A stretch of 63,535 nt of DNA, filler included, from Nemertoderma westbladi (GCA_032718475.1; 4 parts of 4 records of this genome joined end to end with filler, not necessarily neighbours in it), one strand, 5' to 3'. Counted from the first letter of the whole stretch, positions 39,518 to 52,879 are shown. Notes: generated by a model from the letters alone, not told the origin. Made by a program: numbers and translations.

Positions 39518-39747
39518 AGTTCCGGTTCCGGTTGAACGTCGTGGCAGCTGTAACTGTTGACTTCTATTCGAGGAACCCAGGGTTGCTCCCAAACTTTAGC
39601 CTCGCATTCCATTACTTTACCGTCAGTAACTAGGTTACATTTATCCACACTGACCCCGTAACCGTCATTCACACAATCGGTAACTCCTACAGAGAATCTA
39701 ATCCTGTAGAAAATACCAGCGACAACCTGAGACTGAACGTCGTGAAC
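39518..39747 (-). CDS. Multicystatin exon B: C-terminal half of cystatin domain 1
   Basis: ttag|VHDVQSQVVAGIFYRIRFSVGVTDCVNDGYGVSVDKCNLVTDGKVMECEAKVWEQPWVPRIEVNSYSCHDVQPEPE|gtatgt; QxVxG, PW and four Cys of type-2 cystatins; not in the supplied ORF track. Confidence 0.92.
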
Positions 39748-39876
39748 CTAAATAAATATAATATTTGTTAATTTATATTAGTTTTTGTGTGTTCACATAC
39801 TACTTTAATACTTACAGAACATAAATAACATTTTATTTTTGTATTTTTTTATTTTTTTATTCCTCTTCCAACTCAC

Positions 39877-40013
39877 TTCGATAAGTTTGTTTCTGTATTT
39901 GTATCCCTCACTCTTATCAACATGATCGACTGTGAATTTAGCAACATTGATGACGTCATCCGTAACTTCAGCATCTTTTATTCCACCCATCTTTACTCTC
40001 GAAATAACATCAC
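39877..40013 (-). CDS. Multicystatin exon A: N-terminal half of cystatin domain 1
   Basis: cag|GT GAT GTT..., DVISRVKMGGIKDAEVTDDVINVAKFTVDHVDKSEGYKYRNKLIE|gtgagt; conserved GG; phase-0 join to exon B; the upstream (signal peptide) exon was not located. Confidence 0.88.
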
Positions 40014-40325
40014 CTGTGCCAATAAAAACAAATATGATTAATAAATAAATATAAATAAATAAATAAATAAATAAGGTTTAGGCTTAAAGAAAGTCTGTTT
40101 CCTTATTACAATTGCAGAGGAATTCATGCCTGTGATGTTCCATGTCTCATGTCTCATGATCATGATTTTGTTAAACTATAGTCGGTGTTGGTCTAGTAGG
40201 CCTTACTGTACATTAGCGATAATGCAATAAGCCAAGCCTCAGTAGCAAGTAGGGAATAAGTGATATAATAAGTAAGATAATAATTTCCTATTTTATTGTT
40301 TTCATATTAAGCCTCAGTAGTTGTA

Positions 40326-40895
40326 CTACTAGGATCGGCATGCTGCATTGCAGCTGCATTTTTAAGAATGCTGTGCCGGCTTGTCAACAAAATTGCACCG
40401 CCACAACTCCCTATCACCCATGACATTTGCTAGATCATCCGCATCTTTAAGGCCAGTGTCCTTTAAGATGCGTCTCAAGAAAGTCATGGGCTGTCCACCA
40501 TGCTTATTCACTCCATGAGGCTGCCAAAGTACAAGATTATGCACTGGCTGGTCCTCACGGCGAAAGCAATGCCCTGCAAAGCGGAGGCGATTTTGTTCTA
40601 GTGTCAAGCTTGGGGGAACCAATGAGACACCTCCAATGTTATATAGTGTCTGGTTGGAGATGTGTGCATTGTACTTGACACAATGAACCTGGCGTAGCAT
40701 TCTTGTGAATGTGCCATCCAGAGATTTGGTGTCCTCAGCAGTTAGAGCCCAGCATGGACTCCCGTAGAGGAGTACTGGAACTACTGCTGCTCTAAGTAAT
40801 CGGACCCTAAGTTTCCGATTAATTCTCGGTGACTACCTAATCCAGGAAAGCCTATTCAAGGCTGCCCATAAAGTATAAAGTACTTTATAGTATAA
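40326..40895 (-). mobile_element. RTE-like LINE family A, 5'-truncated
   Basis: Matches 51155-51700; TSD agtagttgta at 40316-40325 and 40896-40905. Confidence 0.9.
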
Positions 40896-42304
40896 AGTAG
40901 TTGTAGAGATCGGCCACAAACTGACAACAACCTGTTTAATTAACTATAACCTAACCAATAACAATGATAATTATCTGATAATTAAGCTGATAATTAACAG
41001 CTGATGATTTGCATTGTGCTACAGTACTAAACTGTAGATTTTACATAATACTAACAATTAAGTCCGATAATAGAGATGGCGATTAAACCCACAACTCCAA
41101 GTAAGTAATGGGTCGCCATGACAAAATCACCTCAGTTACTTATTTACATACAATAATAATACTGTATTAAAAATAATCAATTACGTGATTGGTGCTGAGG
41201 CAGAAAGTTATTTACAATTTTATTAAAAATTGTAAAAAATGTTAAATTACTTTTACTAGGAGTTCAAAAGTGGAAACATTTAACTAAAAGAAAGGCATTA
41301 TTTCTTAAAACTTTAATGTTAAACATTAAATTTCATTACAGGGTGATATTCGACAAGACTCCTCCCGTTTCCCTCCTTTAAGTGCGGTCGGAGTTTCCGC
41401 CTGTGCTGCAGAGCGGTCCATCCTGTTGCCTCACGCGTCGCCTAACCCGGACGGCTGGCGACCCGACTATTTCAACTCCCACCCCTCACGCCTTCCACCC
41501 ATGGGAATCCAACTACTATTTCCCTGACTACCGGTAGATTACCCGTAGCAGTAACCACGACGTCAGCCGATATGTTTAGACTACCGGTACTGCTTTAGTC
41601 TGCAGTGCGCCAGTTTGTACTGATGAGTATAGGTAGGTCTTGCAACCCTCCCCCCCCCCAAACTTTTTGACTCTACATTGCGATCTAAATGTTTACATAA
41701 CGCTAACGGCCCTAAATCCTATGCGACGATGGAATGATGTGTTGTCGTAGTCGTACGCTACTACTGTAAATTCTCACCCACCGTATAAAGTTCTACATTA
41801 GGTAGCTTTATCATACCCCACCGTTTTAACAAAAATTGTAAATAAAAATTTACCGAATCCCGTAACTTAAAGGGCTACACTCAAACTGTAGTATAATATG
41901 TAGATGTTTGGTAAAAAATAAAATGTTAAATAGAATATGGAAATATGGATAGTATTTTTATTATTTATGCGTTTTTCTAAATTAACTATTGCATTGGGCG
42001 ATAATTAATACCAGGAATAATTTAATGTTTAACGTACATTAACATACAATTATATAATATTAATTAATATTAACATTATTAATTAATATTAATATTAACA
42101 TTAAATAACATTAACATTAAATACAAATAATGTGTACTTCAGACTGATTTCAATATCAGTCGACTCAGCAAATTATATCTTTCTTTAAACTGATCTGATA
42201 AAACTTTAATGGTCAATAAATGTCGTAGAATTTAAGTACATGGTTGTCGGGATTGTTGGTTTTAGTTAAGTTTGTTTAGCTCAAAGGTTGACACATCATC
42301 AGAT

Positions 42305-42404
42305 NNNNNNNNNNNNNNNNNNNNNNNNNNNNNNNNNNNNNNNNNNNNTTAATTAATTAANNNNNNNNNNNNNNNNNNNNNNNNNNNNNNNNNNNNNNNN
42401 NNNN
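42305..42404. other. Assembly gap with artificial linker
   Basis: N run containing TTAATTAATTAA. Confidence 0.97.
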
Positions 42405-43326
42405 GTAAGCCCGTGGGGTAAGGATTTACCTCCGGGACCTGTATTAGGCAAAATAGCAGTAGCTGTGTAGGCCCACCAGTACTGTGCACGGTACAAGACC
42501 CGAAATTTAGCCTACACCTGTAAATAATACACGGTTTCGCGGTACAAGACCATATAAATTAGACCACCACCTGTAAAATGCTCGCCTGAGTTCAGGAGTT
42601 GCACAGATGTCAGGATGTGCTGATTCTATATCATGCACTAGGCCTAGGCCTAACGGATTCTGGTAGCCTGGGGAACTAGACCACTACAAAAACTGATGCG
42701 ACAGAGCGAGGTGCCGTTAGCCTAACATTTCTTGGCGGCTGGTCCGATAACACTCAACGCATTGTTTGGTTGGACATTGACATTACCAGTATAGCATTAC
42801 AGTGTACATTATTACATACTGATTAGTATGGATTGAGAAATTGGATATATTTGGACGTCAATGGATGGATAGGTTTGGTTTGAGAAACTAATATCACGTA
42901 GGCCTACCTAATCATATCTTTGCGTTAATTATTACTGAGTGGGTAAAGTAAACACAACCTTACTAAAACTTGACAAGTAAAATACTTCTCTGTAGTTTGG
43001 GCGTATCCGCACCAGCTGGTATTTCTATCATTGAATCTATGGCAATTTTCGTGTTATGGGGCTATTGATGGTCTTACCAAGTCATTCAACTCAACTGACA
43101 TGTGTATTCTAAATTTCAATGTACTTTGCAGCGTTTACGAGTAATTCACGCTGTTAAGTTAATGTTTTGTCAAACTGAATGGTCATGCTTAAATAACCCA
43201 ATAACAAAAGTTAGATGGTACTATGGGAAACATCGTACGTTGTATTAAATTAATATACTGTGGAACGAGCCACGATTAGTGAGCGAAGCTACTAGTGCAC
43301 AATTTCAATTAGTATTAGGGCCTAAT

Positions 43327-43779
43327 AGCCGCTCGTGCTGTGCGAGTGAAGTACTCGGGTTACCCATTCTCGAGTAAGCAGCCGCTCGTGCTGTGCGAGT
43401 GAAGTACTCGGGTTACTCGTTCTCGAGTAAGCAGCCGCTCGTGCTGTGCGAATCAAGTACTCGGGTTACCCGTTCTCGAGTAAGCAGCCGCTCGTGCTGT
43501 GCGAGTGAAGTACTCGGGTTACCCGTTCTCGAGTAAGCAGCCGCTCGTGCTGTGCGAGTGAAGTACTTGGGTTACCCGTTCTCGAGTAAGCAGCCGCTCG
43601 TGCTGTGCGAGTGAAGTACTCGGGTTACCCGTTCTCGAGTAAGCAGCCGCTCGTGCTGTGCGAGTGAAGTACTCGGGTTACCCGTTCTCGAGTAAGCAGC
43701 CGCTCGTGCTGTGCGAGTGAAGTACTCGGGTTACTCGTTCTCGAGTAAGCAGCCGCTCGTGCTGTGCGAATCAAGTACT
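43327..43779. repeat. 53-bp minisatellite (~8.5 units)
   Basis: Unit gcagccgctcgtgctgtgcgagtgaagtactcgggttacccgttctcgagtaa. Confidence 0.97.
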
Positions 43780-44291
43780 ATGGTATGATCTCTTTATTTG
43801 CTATACCATGTTAAATTTAATCAGTTAGTAAACATTTCATTTGTAATATACTGTAAATAATGCTTACTAAAATACATTTACTTTATTGGCTTGCAAGTGC
43901 CCCATAATTTATCTGATCCCTGCATTAATCTACTCATTCAAATCAACAAACAGCTTTACTTTGGGGAGCCAACCACGACCATCTGTCAATCACTCAGTAG
44001 GCTAGAAACTTGCGGTGCCATGAAAGAGTTTTACAGATTGAGGAAATTGAACAGATTGAACAGATTGAAGAATGGACTTTAATTGAGAACACAACTGTAT
44101 ATCATCCACTAACGGATTCTGGCAGCCTGGAACTAGACCACTACAAAAACTGATGCGACAGAGCGAGGTGCCGTTAGGCCTAACATTTCTCGGAGGCTGG
44201 TCCGATAACACTCAACGCATTGTTTGGTTGGACATTGACATTATTGCATTACAGTGTACATTATTACATACTGATTAGTATGGATTGAGAA

Positions 44292-44432
44292 TCAGTTGAG
44301 TACCAGTTAAATAACTGGCTGACTGGGAGCAAATCTTGGGATAGGAGTAGCGCCCACCCCTACCCTCGGGTAGCAGCTATCGAAAGAGGAGCCTTCGGGT
44401 CGCCTCCGGCTTCGGCCGACTGTTTGCTTTTG
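44292..44432. mobile_element. 141-bp GC-rich retroposed insertion (SINE or LINE fragment)
   Basis: 15-bp TSD agtatggattgagaa (44277-44291 and 44433-44447); empty paralogous site at ~42825. Confidence 0.8.
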
Positions 44433-47400
44433 AGTATGGATTGAGAAATTGGATATATTTGGACGTCAATGGATGGATAGGTTTGGTTTGAGAAACTAAT
44501 ATCACGTAGGCCTACCTAATCATATCTTTGCGATAATTATTACTAGATCCACTGGCCCCCAGCCACCTTCAACAAACCATCATTGCTGGGGGGCACTCAG
44601 CTGAGGGGGAGGAGCGCATTAAAAACTCTAAGTATCGCGCGACCTAATGGACCGGGGCCATTTCTTTCACCCCGTGGCCTTTGAGGCCCCGGTCCAGAGA
44701 CATCCACCTTCCTCCGGGAGATCGGGGCTCGTCTCCACGGTGCAACCCACGAACCGCGGTCACACCAGTTTCTGCTCCAGCGCCTGGAGATGGCAATTTG
44801 GGTTGGTCATTTGGGTCAGCCTCAGTCATGGGGACAGCAACCAGGCCGACCATTGGTCTATTCGGGCACTGAAGAGCGGAAACCAATCAAAACTGTCGAA
44901 ATGGTTGCCAATGGAGTCACCAACGGGATGACGGCCGAAGATATTCAATATTCAATACTCTATCTTATGCAATCTCAAATATTCAATTCGGTACTGTACC
45001 TTCAATTCAATATTCAATCTTAGTATTATTTCTGTGCTTCGTTATTTAATAATGTGATTAGATAAACAAATAAATTAATGAAATGTTAATTATTACAAAA
45101 AACAACCCAAAATTATATTAACATTTATATAGTTGTGAATTAAATATTTCGAAATCAACAGTCATTCAATGAACTTATACAGCAGGGTCATATCGCGTAT
45201 CCCTTGGTTTAATCACTATTATTTATTCAAGTATAACTGAATCCTGGCCCGCCGCCTTCACCCTCCACTGATAATTTAAAATCGTAACTCATTCAATCTT
45301 TGACTAAATTATACCAAACTTGGTAAACATGTAATCTTTGTCTATCGGCTAAAATAAACACAACTTGCTAAAGTTTCCCCTATAATGTTTTTTCCTATAG
45401 AACAGGATGCAGTTTTATTTAATTTAGTAGTAAACAAGCTGTTATTTGCATCGATTTTCACCTGGAGAGGGAAGAATATTGACTGCCCCCACCCCCCCCC
45501 CCCCCCCCTACCTGCAGTTAAGTGAAATTATTTCGACACCATTTAATTTTATTATCACGGTCGCGCATCAAGTAGTCTGTCAAAAGATACAATTCAATAT
45601 AAACATAACAAAATGAATTATAATAATTCTAAAAATATAAGGCAGATTATCCTAAAGTTAGCTCTTTAGTCTTTAGCAATCTTATACGTTGACAAGACTT
45701 ATAAAATAATTGATGTTGAATAATTATTATTAAGATTAAAATATATTATTAGGAATTCGAAGAAAGCAAATTGTATTGAGTTAGTATTGGCAAGTTAATC
45801 TCACAAACCAGTCTAGTCTAACTTTACAGTAGCCTTGTTCGCATTGTTCCAAGTTTAGGCCTATAGATTCCACCGTCTTCGTTCCAGGTTTAATACTGTA
45901 ATAGACTCCGTTATCCGTCTCGATCGCTTCGCTATGCACCATCTTACTGGGTTTTCTCTGTTTTGTAGATTACTTCGACATCGTCTGATCGCTTTGGTTG
46001 CGTGTTTAATACTGTAATAGACTCCGTCGACAGCCTATCGTTCTGGATACATTGAATAGACTCCATTGTCCATCGCGATCGTTTCATTGTTTACGTTTAA
46101 TTGACTCCATCGCCTCCTCGGATTAGGAATCCGGCCGGGTTTCGTAGATTCCGCCATCGTTCAGCAGTTCAGTGTTTTTAATCAAAGCCAGAATTCCGGT
46201 ACCGGCACCACTGCACCACGATCAACGAGTTCGGAAGTAACAGACTCCGTCAACAATACTCGGGGTTTAAAAAATACGACTATCAGGCAACTTGTAACTG
46301 GGCGATCATCTATCTGATAGTTGAAAAAGACTGTCTGACAGTTGGTATCAGACTATCTGATAGTTAGCGCCCCATGGGTAAATCCTTACCCCATTGGCTG
46401 TTACCTCTCTGACTGACAGCGCAACAGCCCCTATAGCCTCTCCAGGGGAAATTCGACGCAAATAACAGCTGTTAACTCTCAATAATATAACTGTAACATG
46501 TTCTATTGTGTTTAGTTTATTGTTTTGGTTAAAATAACGTGCCACTGTAACCTGCTCCTTTCCCTAAATTGAAAATTTAACATTGAGGCGGGATATTAAT
46601 TCGCCAAGGCGGGTTTTGCGTCGAGTTTCCCTCCCTGTCTCGTACATCCACAGTATCACTCTCATTGCCGCCAACTGCAACCCACTTCTTTCCTCTGAAT
46701 CGTGTTGCGATACCAATGAAAGACCCATCTTTATCGCTAGCACTTGTATTGTCCGCACCCTCACAGACAATGCGCTCCTCTATTGCCTTAGCTGCCAAAA
46801 TATGTTCTGAAAATATTATAAACAATAAAAATTAGTCTAACAGTAATTGTTTGATTTAATAAGTAATAATTATTCGTTTATTATTAGTTAATCATTCATA
46901 AATGAAGATCATCCCCGTTGTTATTGTCTGGGTCGGAATTATCTGTATACTACCGTAAATACATTTTCCATGAGTTACGAATAAATGTTCAAGGCCAAAG
47001 ATCCCCATTGTCCAACTGCGGGGATACACTACATACAGTAATATTGCAACATATTCATCAACGCCATCCTGGCCCGTTAAGATGACAACACAATAAGCCA
47101 TGTACAGTATACATGTACGGAATATTGAATATAGAGTGTATACAGAATATGGAAATATACATTCTGTACATGTGCAGTAGTGCATACAGAATATCGAAAT
47201 ATCACAGTTCAATCATGTTCATCAAACAGCCAGCAACTAAATTAATGTATCACAAAAATATAAGGAAATTTACAAAACAATAATAATTATTTATCACATG
47301 GGAAAAAAGTAGAACTTTTTTTCACTATTCTCGAGGCATTTTAGTGTCAGCGAGGTTAATAAAGGGTCGAGAGAGTATTGAAAAAAAAATGTTCTACGGT

Positions 47401-47564
47401 TTTTTCCCATGTAATACGTAATTTTATTCTTCAATTGGTACTTTTTTGTTGCTTTAAAAAAACGTAGGCCTACAGCGATGTATAGGGTCATGTATAATGG
47501 TACAAAATAAATTCAACTATAGTATTTTACTATATTGCTTCCATAGTTTGCTATTGCTTCCATA

Positions 47565-49018
47565 AAATGATTCTATATAGGATTAGGCCTCACATAGAGA
47601 AACTACTGCGTAAGAGCCAAAACGGATTTCGAACCAAGTAGATCACTACTAGGATCGGCATGCTGCATTGCAGCTGCATTTTTAAGAATGCTGTGCCGGC
47701 TTGTCAACAAAATTGCACCGCCACAACTCCCTATCACCCATGACATTTGCTAGATCATCCGCATCTTTAAGGCCAGTGTCCTTTAAGATGCGTCTCAACA
47801 AAGTCATGGGCTGTCCACCATGCTTATTCACTCCATGAGGCTGCCAAGAGTAGATCAACAATAGCTCAGATACTTGCACTACGGAGACTGATTGAAGGAA
47901 TTAAGTCAAAGAATCTCCCCGCAGTCATGACTTTTGAGGACTTCAAGAAGGCATTCGACTCCATCCATAGAGGTAAAATGCTTGAAATCCTAAGAGCTTA
48001 TGGAATACCAGAAGTAATTGTTGCTGGCATTGGATTGTTATATTGTGACACAGAAGCGCATGTACTCTCACCAGATGGTGAAACTGAGTTTTTCTCAATC
48101 CTGGCTGGCGTACTGCAAGGTGACACATTAGCACCATTGCTATTTGTAATTGTGCTGGATTACGCAATGAGGACGGCCACAAAGGGTGAAGATCTGGGAT
48201 TCACACTTCAAGAACGCAGATGTAGTAGATATCCGGCAACTACAGTCACAGACACCGACTTTGCGGATGACATCGCCCTGCTCTCTAATACGCTAGCAGA
48301 TGCACAGCTTCTACTAAATAAAGTGGAGAGGGCTGCTAAGGAGGTTGGATTGCATATAAATGCTACAAAGACCGAATTCATGACCTTTAATGTTGATGGG
48401 AACTTGACAACCATTGATAATAATCAACTAAGGAAGGTCGATGACTTCCAGTACCTTGGATCATGGATAGAGAGTAGCAAAAAGGACATAGAAGTTAGGA
48501 AAGCAAAGGTTTGGGTAGCTCTATCAAAAATGGATACCATCTGGAAATCAGATCTCTCCAGGCACCTGAAGACTAAGTTCTTTCGAGCCACAGTGGAAAG
48601 TGTATTTTTATACGGGGGTGAGACCTGGACACTGACCAAATCACTTGAACAACGAATTGATGGTTGCTACACAAGACTACTAAGGGCAGCCCTAAACATC
48701 AGCTGGAGACAACACATGACAAACGCCGAGCTTTATGGTACATTACCACCTGTATCAACCACCCTCCGTGAACGCAGATTAAGATTCAGTGGGCACTGCT
48801 GGCGAAGTAAAGACGAGGTCATACCAGATCTACTTCTCTGGCAACCAACTCATGGAAAGCGTAGTCGTGGACGACCGGCCATAACATATATAGATCAACT
48901 TGAAAGGGATACTGAACTTGGGAGAAACGAAATTGCGACAACTATGGAGAATCGGGAAGCCTGGAAGGATCTCATTTCCACTGTCCGAGTTCGCTCGACC
49001 TAGTAGTAGTAGTAGTAG
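47565..49018 (+). mobile_element. RTE-like LINE family B, 5'-truncated (RT domain), interrupted by a family A fragment
   Basis: DFKKAFDSI, GVLQGDTLAP, DFADDI, YLGS, RLRFSGHCWR; (TAG)n tail; gcttccata repeated on both flanks. Confidence 0.93.
47646..47848 (-). mobile_element. RTE family A 3' fragment nested antisense in family B
   Basis: 9-bp TSD agtagatca (47637-47645 and 47849-47857); the uninterrupted site is at ~59050. Confidence 0.92.
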
Positions 49019-50136
49019 CTTCCATAGTTACTGCGATTCCAATTATTGTACTGTACACTTCAACTCCTGACCTGATGCTGCCTTACTCAATTTTAAATAA
49101 TTAGTGTTCTCGAATATTACATAACTACAGTAGAGAGCCGCTTAACAACATAAACCAATATTGGATATTGAGTTCCATTTTGGAGTACGCCACGCAGACA
49201 CTAAATTTGCCATAACTTTTGAGTGCGGGCATGGATATTGCTCAAATTACGTGCAAACCTTTTCTACTTCAATGCTCTTTGAACACATTTAATAAAATTT
49301 AAGAAATTCCATCAAAAATATTTTGTTTTACTTTTTTCGCTGGGAAAAAGTAAAATCAATGTAATCCTAAGGGTTACTCTTTTCCCTAGGAAAAAAAGTG
49401 TAACTTTTTCTCCCGATTTTGGTCTAATTTTGAGCGAAAAAGTAACAATTTAAGAATAAAAACTGTTAATGCAACTACAGTAATATTCAGCACAGTTGAA
49501 TACCTACTTGTATTGCATGCATGCGTTGCTAGGAAACTAGATAAAATAACATTGTAGATCATACATAGCCTTGTCCCTCAGTCCCTTGCTGCATTGACAG
49601 CCTAACTACCTGACTACGGAGGTTGTCTGTAAGTGTGATGTTGTGGTGTACCAGGCTGACCGGTCTGCTGGTAGTGTAGTTGGGTACACATACAGTGTAG
49701 CAGTCGCAGTGGGAAGTAAGTTCAGTAGGAAGTAGTTCAGTAGGCTAGTTATTTTGTTTGTTATTTTAATTAGGTTTAGTTGGTCCTGGTCCGGGATGCC
49801 TCTGCGTCATTCACTCAACCATTAAACAGTTAAAGGTAAAGTCAGGTACCACCGCACCGGTGTGGTAGGCTGGTAGGTCTACAGTCTATACCAGTATACT
49901 GCTGGCCGCTGTATGACAATATGGACTGACTGACTGATGGATAAAACAACTGCCTAATTTCAAAATTACTTTTTTTGTGTATTTGTTATTTTGAACCCCA
50001 TCAATCTAGCCTAGCCTACCTGCCTACGGCCTACCGCAGTACCGGTAGCCTAGGCTAATTAATAAACCAAGCAGCCAAGCTGCCAAGAGCACTTAACTAA
50101 CAGCTTACCGTACTGCCGTAGGCTACCAGCTACTGC

Positions 50137-51718
50137 ATACTGCACTGCTACCAACCCCCCTGAGGTCTTTAAAATACCTGAGTGTTTAAAGCTCATCTAT
50201 CCCATCATAGTCAGATAGTAGACATGTACCGAACATCAAGAGTCCCACAAGAAATGAAAACAAATAAGTTGGTGCCAGTTCCCAAGATGCAAGAAGGGCA
50301 ACCTAACAACACTCTATGGTCCTTTTCGGGGAATCTCATTGATCTCAATTGCTGCAAAGCTATACAATAGGATTCTATTAAATCGCATCAGGGATCCCAT
50401 TGAGAGACTGCTCCGTGGAAATCAGAATGGGTTCCGTAAAGGTCGTGGGACCATGGAGCCCATTTTGGCACTTAGAAGGATAATTGAAGAATTATCAAAA
50501 AAGAAAGACAGGCATCTGGCTGTTATCTTTGTTGACTTCTTCAAGGCCTTTGATTCAGTCTCTCGCTCACGTATGTTCAGCATACTTTCATTATATGGGA
50601 TTCCTGATGAAATTATTGCAGTAATCAGATCAGTATACGACTGTACGATGGTTCAACAACATTTGTGTCTACAGTTGACGGTGACACAGAACCATTTGAA
50701 GTGTTATGGGGCGTCCTCCAAGGAGACACACTTGCACCATTCTTGTTCATTATTGTGGTTGACTATGTTCTACGCATGTCCTTAGGCTTAGATCATCATA
50801 ATGATGATGGGGTGATGATAACTCCACCTACTGGCTCCAGAAGTCGAGGAAATCCTGCCAAGTACCTAACTGATCTAGACTTTGCTGATGGCTTCTAGGA
50901 GTACTCTCAGAATCATTAGAGGGAGCCCAACGGCTCCTCAGCTCATTAGAACATGCTGCTTCTAGTGTTGGTCTTTTTATTAACTCCAGAAAGACCAAAA
51001 TTTTGACAGTTAACTTTGAAAGTCCTCAGCAAGTCTCTGATCGGATGAGCATAAGCTCAAAGGATGGTATGCTTGAGCATGTGGACGACTTCTGTTACCT
51101 GGGATCATGGATCCGGAAGTCAGGTGAGGACCTTCGAATACGTAAGGGAAAGGCATGGGCAGCCTTGAATAGGCTTTCCAGGATTTGGAAGTCACCGAGA
51201 ATTAATCGGAAACTTAAGGTCCGATTATTTAGAGCAGCAGTAGTTCCAGTACTCCTCTACAGGAGTCCATGCTGGGCTCTAACTGCTGAGGACACCAAAT
51301 CTCTGGATGGCACATTCACAAGAATGGTACGCCAGGTTCATTGTGTCAAGTACAATGCACACATCTCCAACCAGACGCTATATAACATTGGAGGTGTCTC
51401 ATTGGTTCCCCCAAGCTTGACACTAGAACAAAATCGCCTCCGCTTTGCAGGACATTGCTTTCGCCGTGAGGACCAGCCAGTGCATAATCTTGTACCTTGG
51501 CAGCCTCATGGAGTGAATAAGCATGGTGGACAGCCCATGACTTTCTTGAGACGCATCTTAAAGGACACTGGCCTTGAAGATGCGGATGATCTAGCAAATG
51601 TCATGGGTGATAGGGAGTTGTGGCGGTGCAATTTTGTTGACAAGCCGGCACAGCATTCATAAATTGCAGCTGCAATGCAGCATGCCGATCCTAGTAGTAG
51701 TACTAGTAGTAGTAGTAG
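50137..51718 (+). mobile_element. RTE-like LINE family A, longest copy, frameshifted RT
   Basis: QNGFRKGR, DFFKAFDSV, GVLQGDTLAP, DLDFAD, YLGS in shifting frames; (TAG)n tail; TSD taccagctactgc (50124-50136 and 51719-51731). Confidence 0.93.
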
Positions 51719-52442
51719 TACCAGCTACTGCCATAACGGTACCGTAATAATTTAAATAACCTAAAACCTTAAATGTGGTTAACAGGTTGAGGCAGCAGCC
51801 AGCTGGCCAGCATGCTGGAAAATTTTATAATTACAGTTTCTCATCTAAGTAGAGCAGGTGTTTGTGTATCGAATTTACAGTATCGTAAGAGATTAAGTGA
51901 TATTGGGTAGTGGTTAAGAATAGGGCAGTAGGAGACAGGACCATCCCGAGAGCTGATTTCAGAATCACAACAAATCCCCACACCAAATCCCAAAAAAAAT
52001 TGAAAAGTAAAGGAGTAGGTCAGGTTTATAGTCAAGATAGTGGTCCAGCCAGCCAGAAGGAACCCCCACTGCAGAGTGAAATAAATATTAGGTGCGCGAT
52101 TTGCGATTAAAAATTATTAAGAGACAATGTTACCAGTAATTAAAATTAAGTTACCATTTTGCCTTATTAAGACATTATTAATTAAAATGTAGGTAGTTAC
52201 AATAGTGCAATATTAACTAAAAATGGTTATAGTCAATCAATAGTCGGTATAACTGATTCTGTTAGGTATTTAAGTGCGGAATGACAGAATGAACAATTAA
52301 CAATTTTATGAGACAATATGATTAGTTTCAACAACGCAACTTCAGTCAGTCAGTAGGCCTACTGTAGGACATTAATTTAAAATGATTTACCGTAAAGTAG
52401 TTCGTCTCGTCCAAATCAATACTGCAATATAGGCAGATAGGC

Positions 52443-52879
52443 CTATAAAAATAGTCAGATTACGGTCATGCTCACGGTTATGAATTGAAAAGCTAGTAAT
52501 AGTATCGGTAATACTATATAATCAGATAATACCAGGCAGCCAGGAAGCAGGGAATTAATGCTGTAATGTAGACCAGGTGCAGGTTCGAATGTAAAGGGTA
52601 AGTACTGGTAATACACTGTAATACCGGCAAGAAGTTGATAAATATACTATGCTAATGCCGATTTTTTATCAATTAATTAGGGGCCCATTAATTTTAATTT
52701 AACACAGTTACTGGTAATTTATTTTGAAATAGACAATTGCAAACTTCAAGCTATTTTTAATTAAAACATTATTTTTGACGTTTTTTTGCCCGTTTTAGAG
52801 TAAAACTTAAGCTAAATTATAATACATTAATGTAGGTCCTATATTCATCAGTGTGGGCGTGGCTTGCTAATTGTTTCAG
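52443..52879 (+). promoter_or_regulatory. Possible TATA box and 5'-UTR intron of the HDAC6-like gene
   Basis: CTATAAAA at ~52443; donor GTAAGT at 52598; branch/acceptor ctaattgtttcag ending 52879. Confidence 0.3.

Larger units (their letters stand above)
42651..44545. repeat. Local ~280-bp direct duplication (42651-42935 and 44110-44545)
   Basis: taacggattctgg...atcatatctttgcg occurs twice; the second copy has a 141-bp insertion. Confidence 0.9.

Noticed and set aside
41854-41910. Possible cystatin signal-peptide exon (IYILYYSLSVAL*VTGF, phase-1 donor)
   Set aside because: No ATG and an in-frame TAA
42405-46405. One large element bounded by ggggtaaggatttacc inverted repeats
   Set aside because: The left end abuts a gap so no TSD can be checked; the match is short and no transposase lies inside
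46577-47212. Short ORFs or exon-like segments on the minus strand
   Set aside because: No recognisable motif and no consistent splice-phase chain
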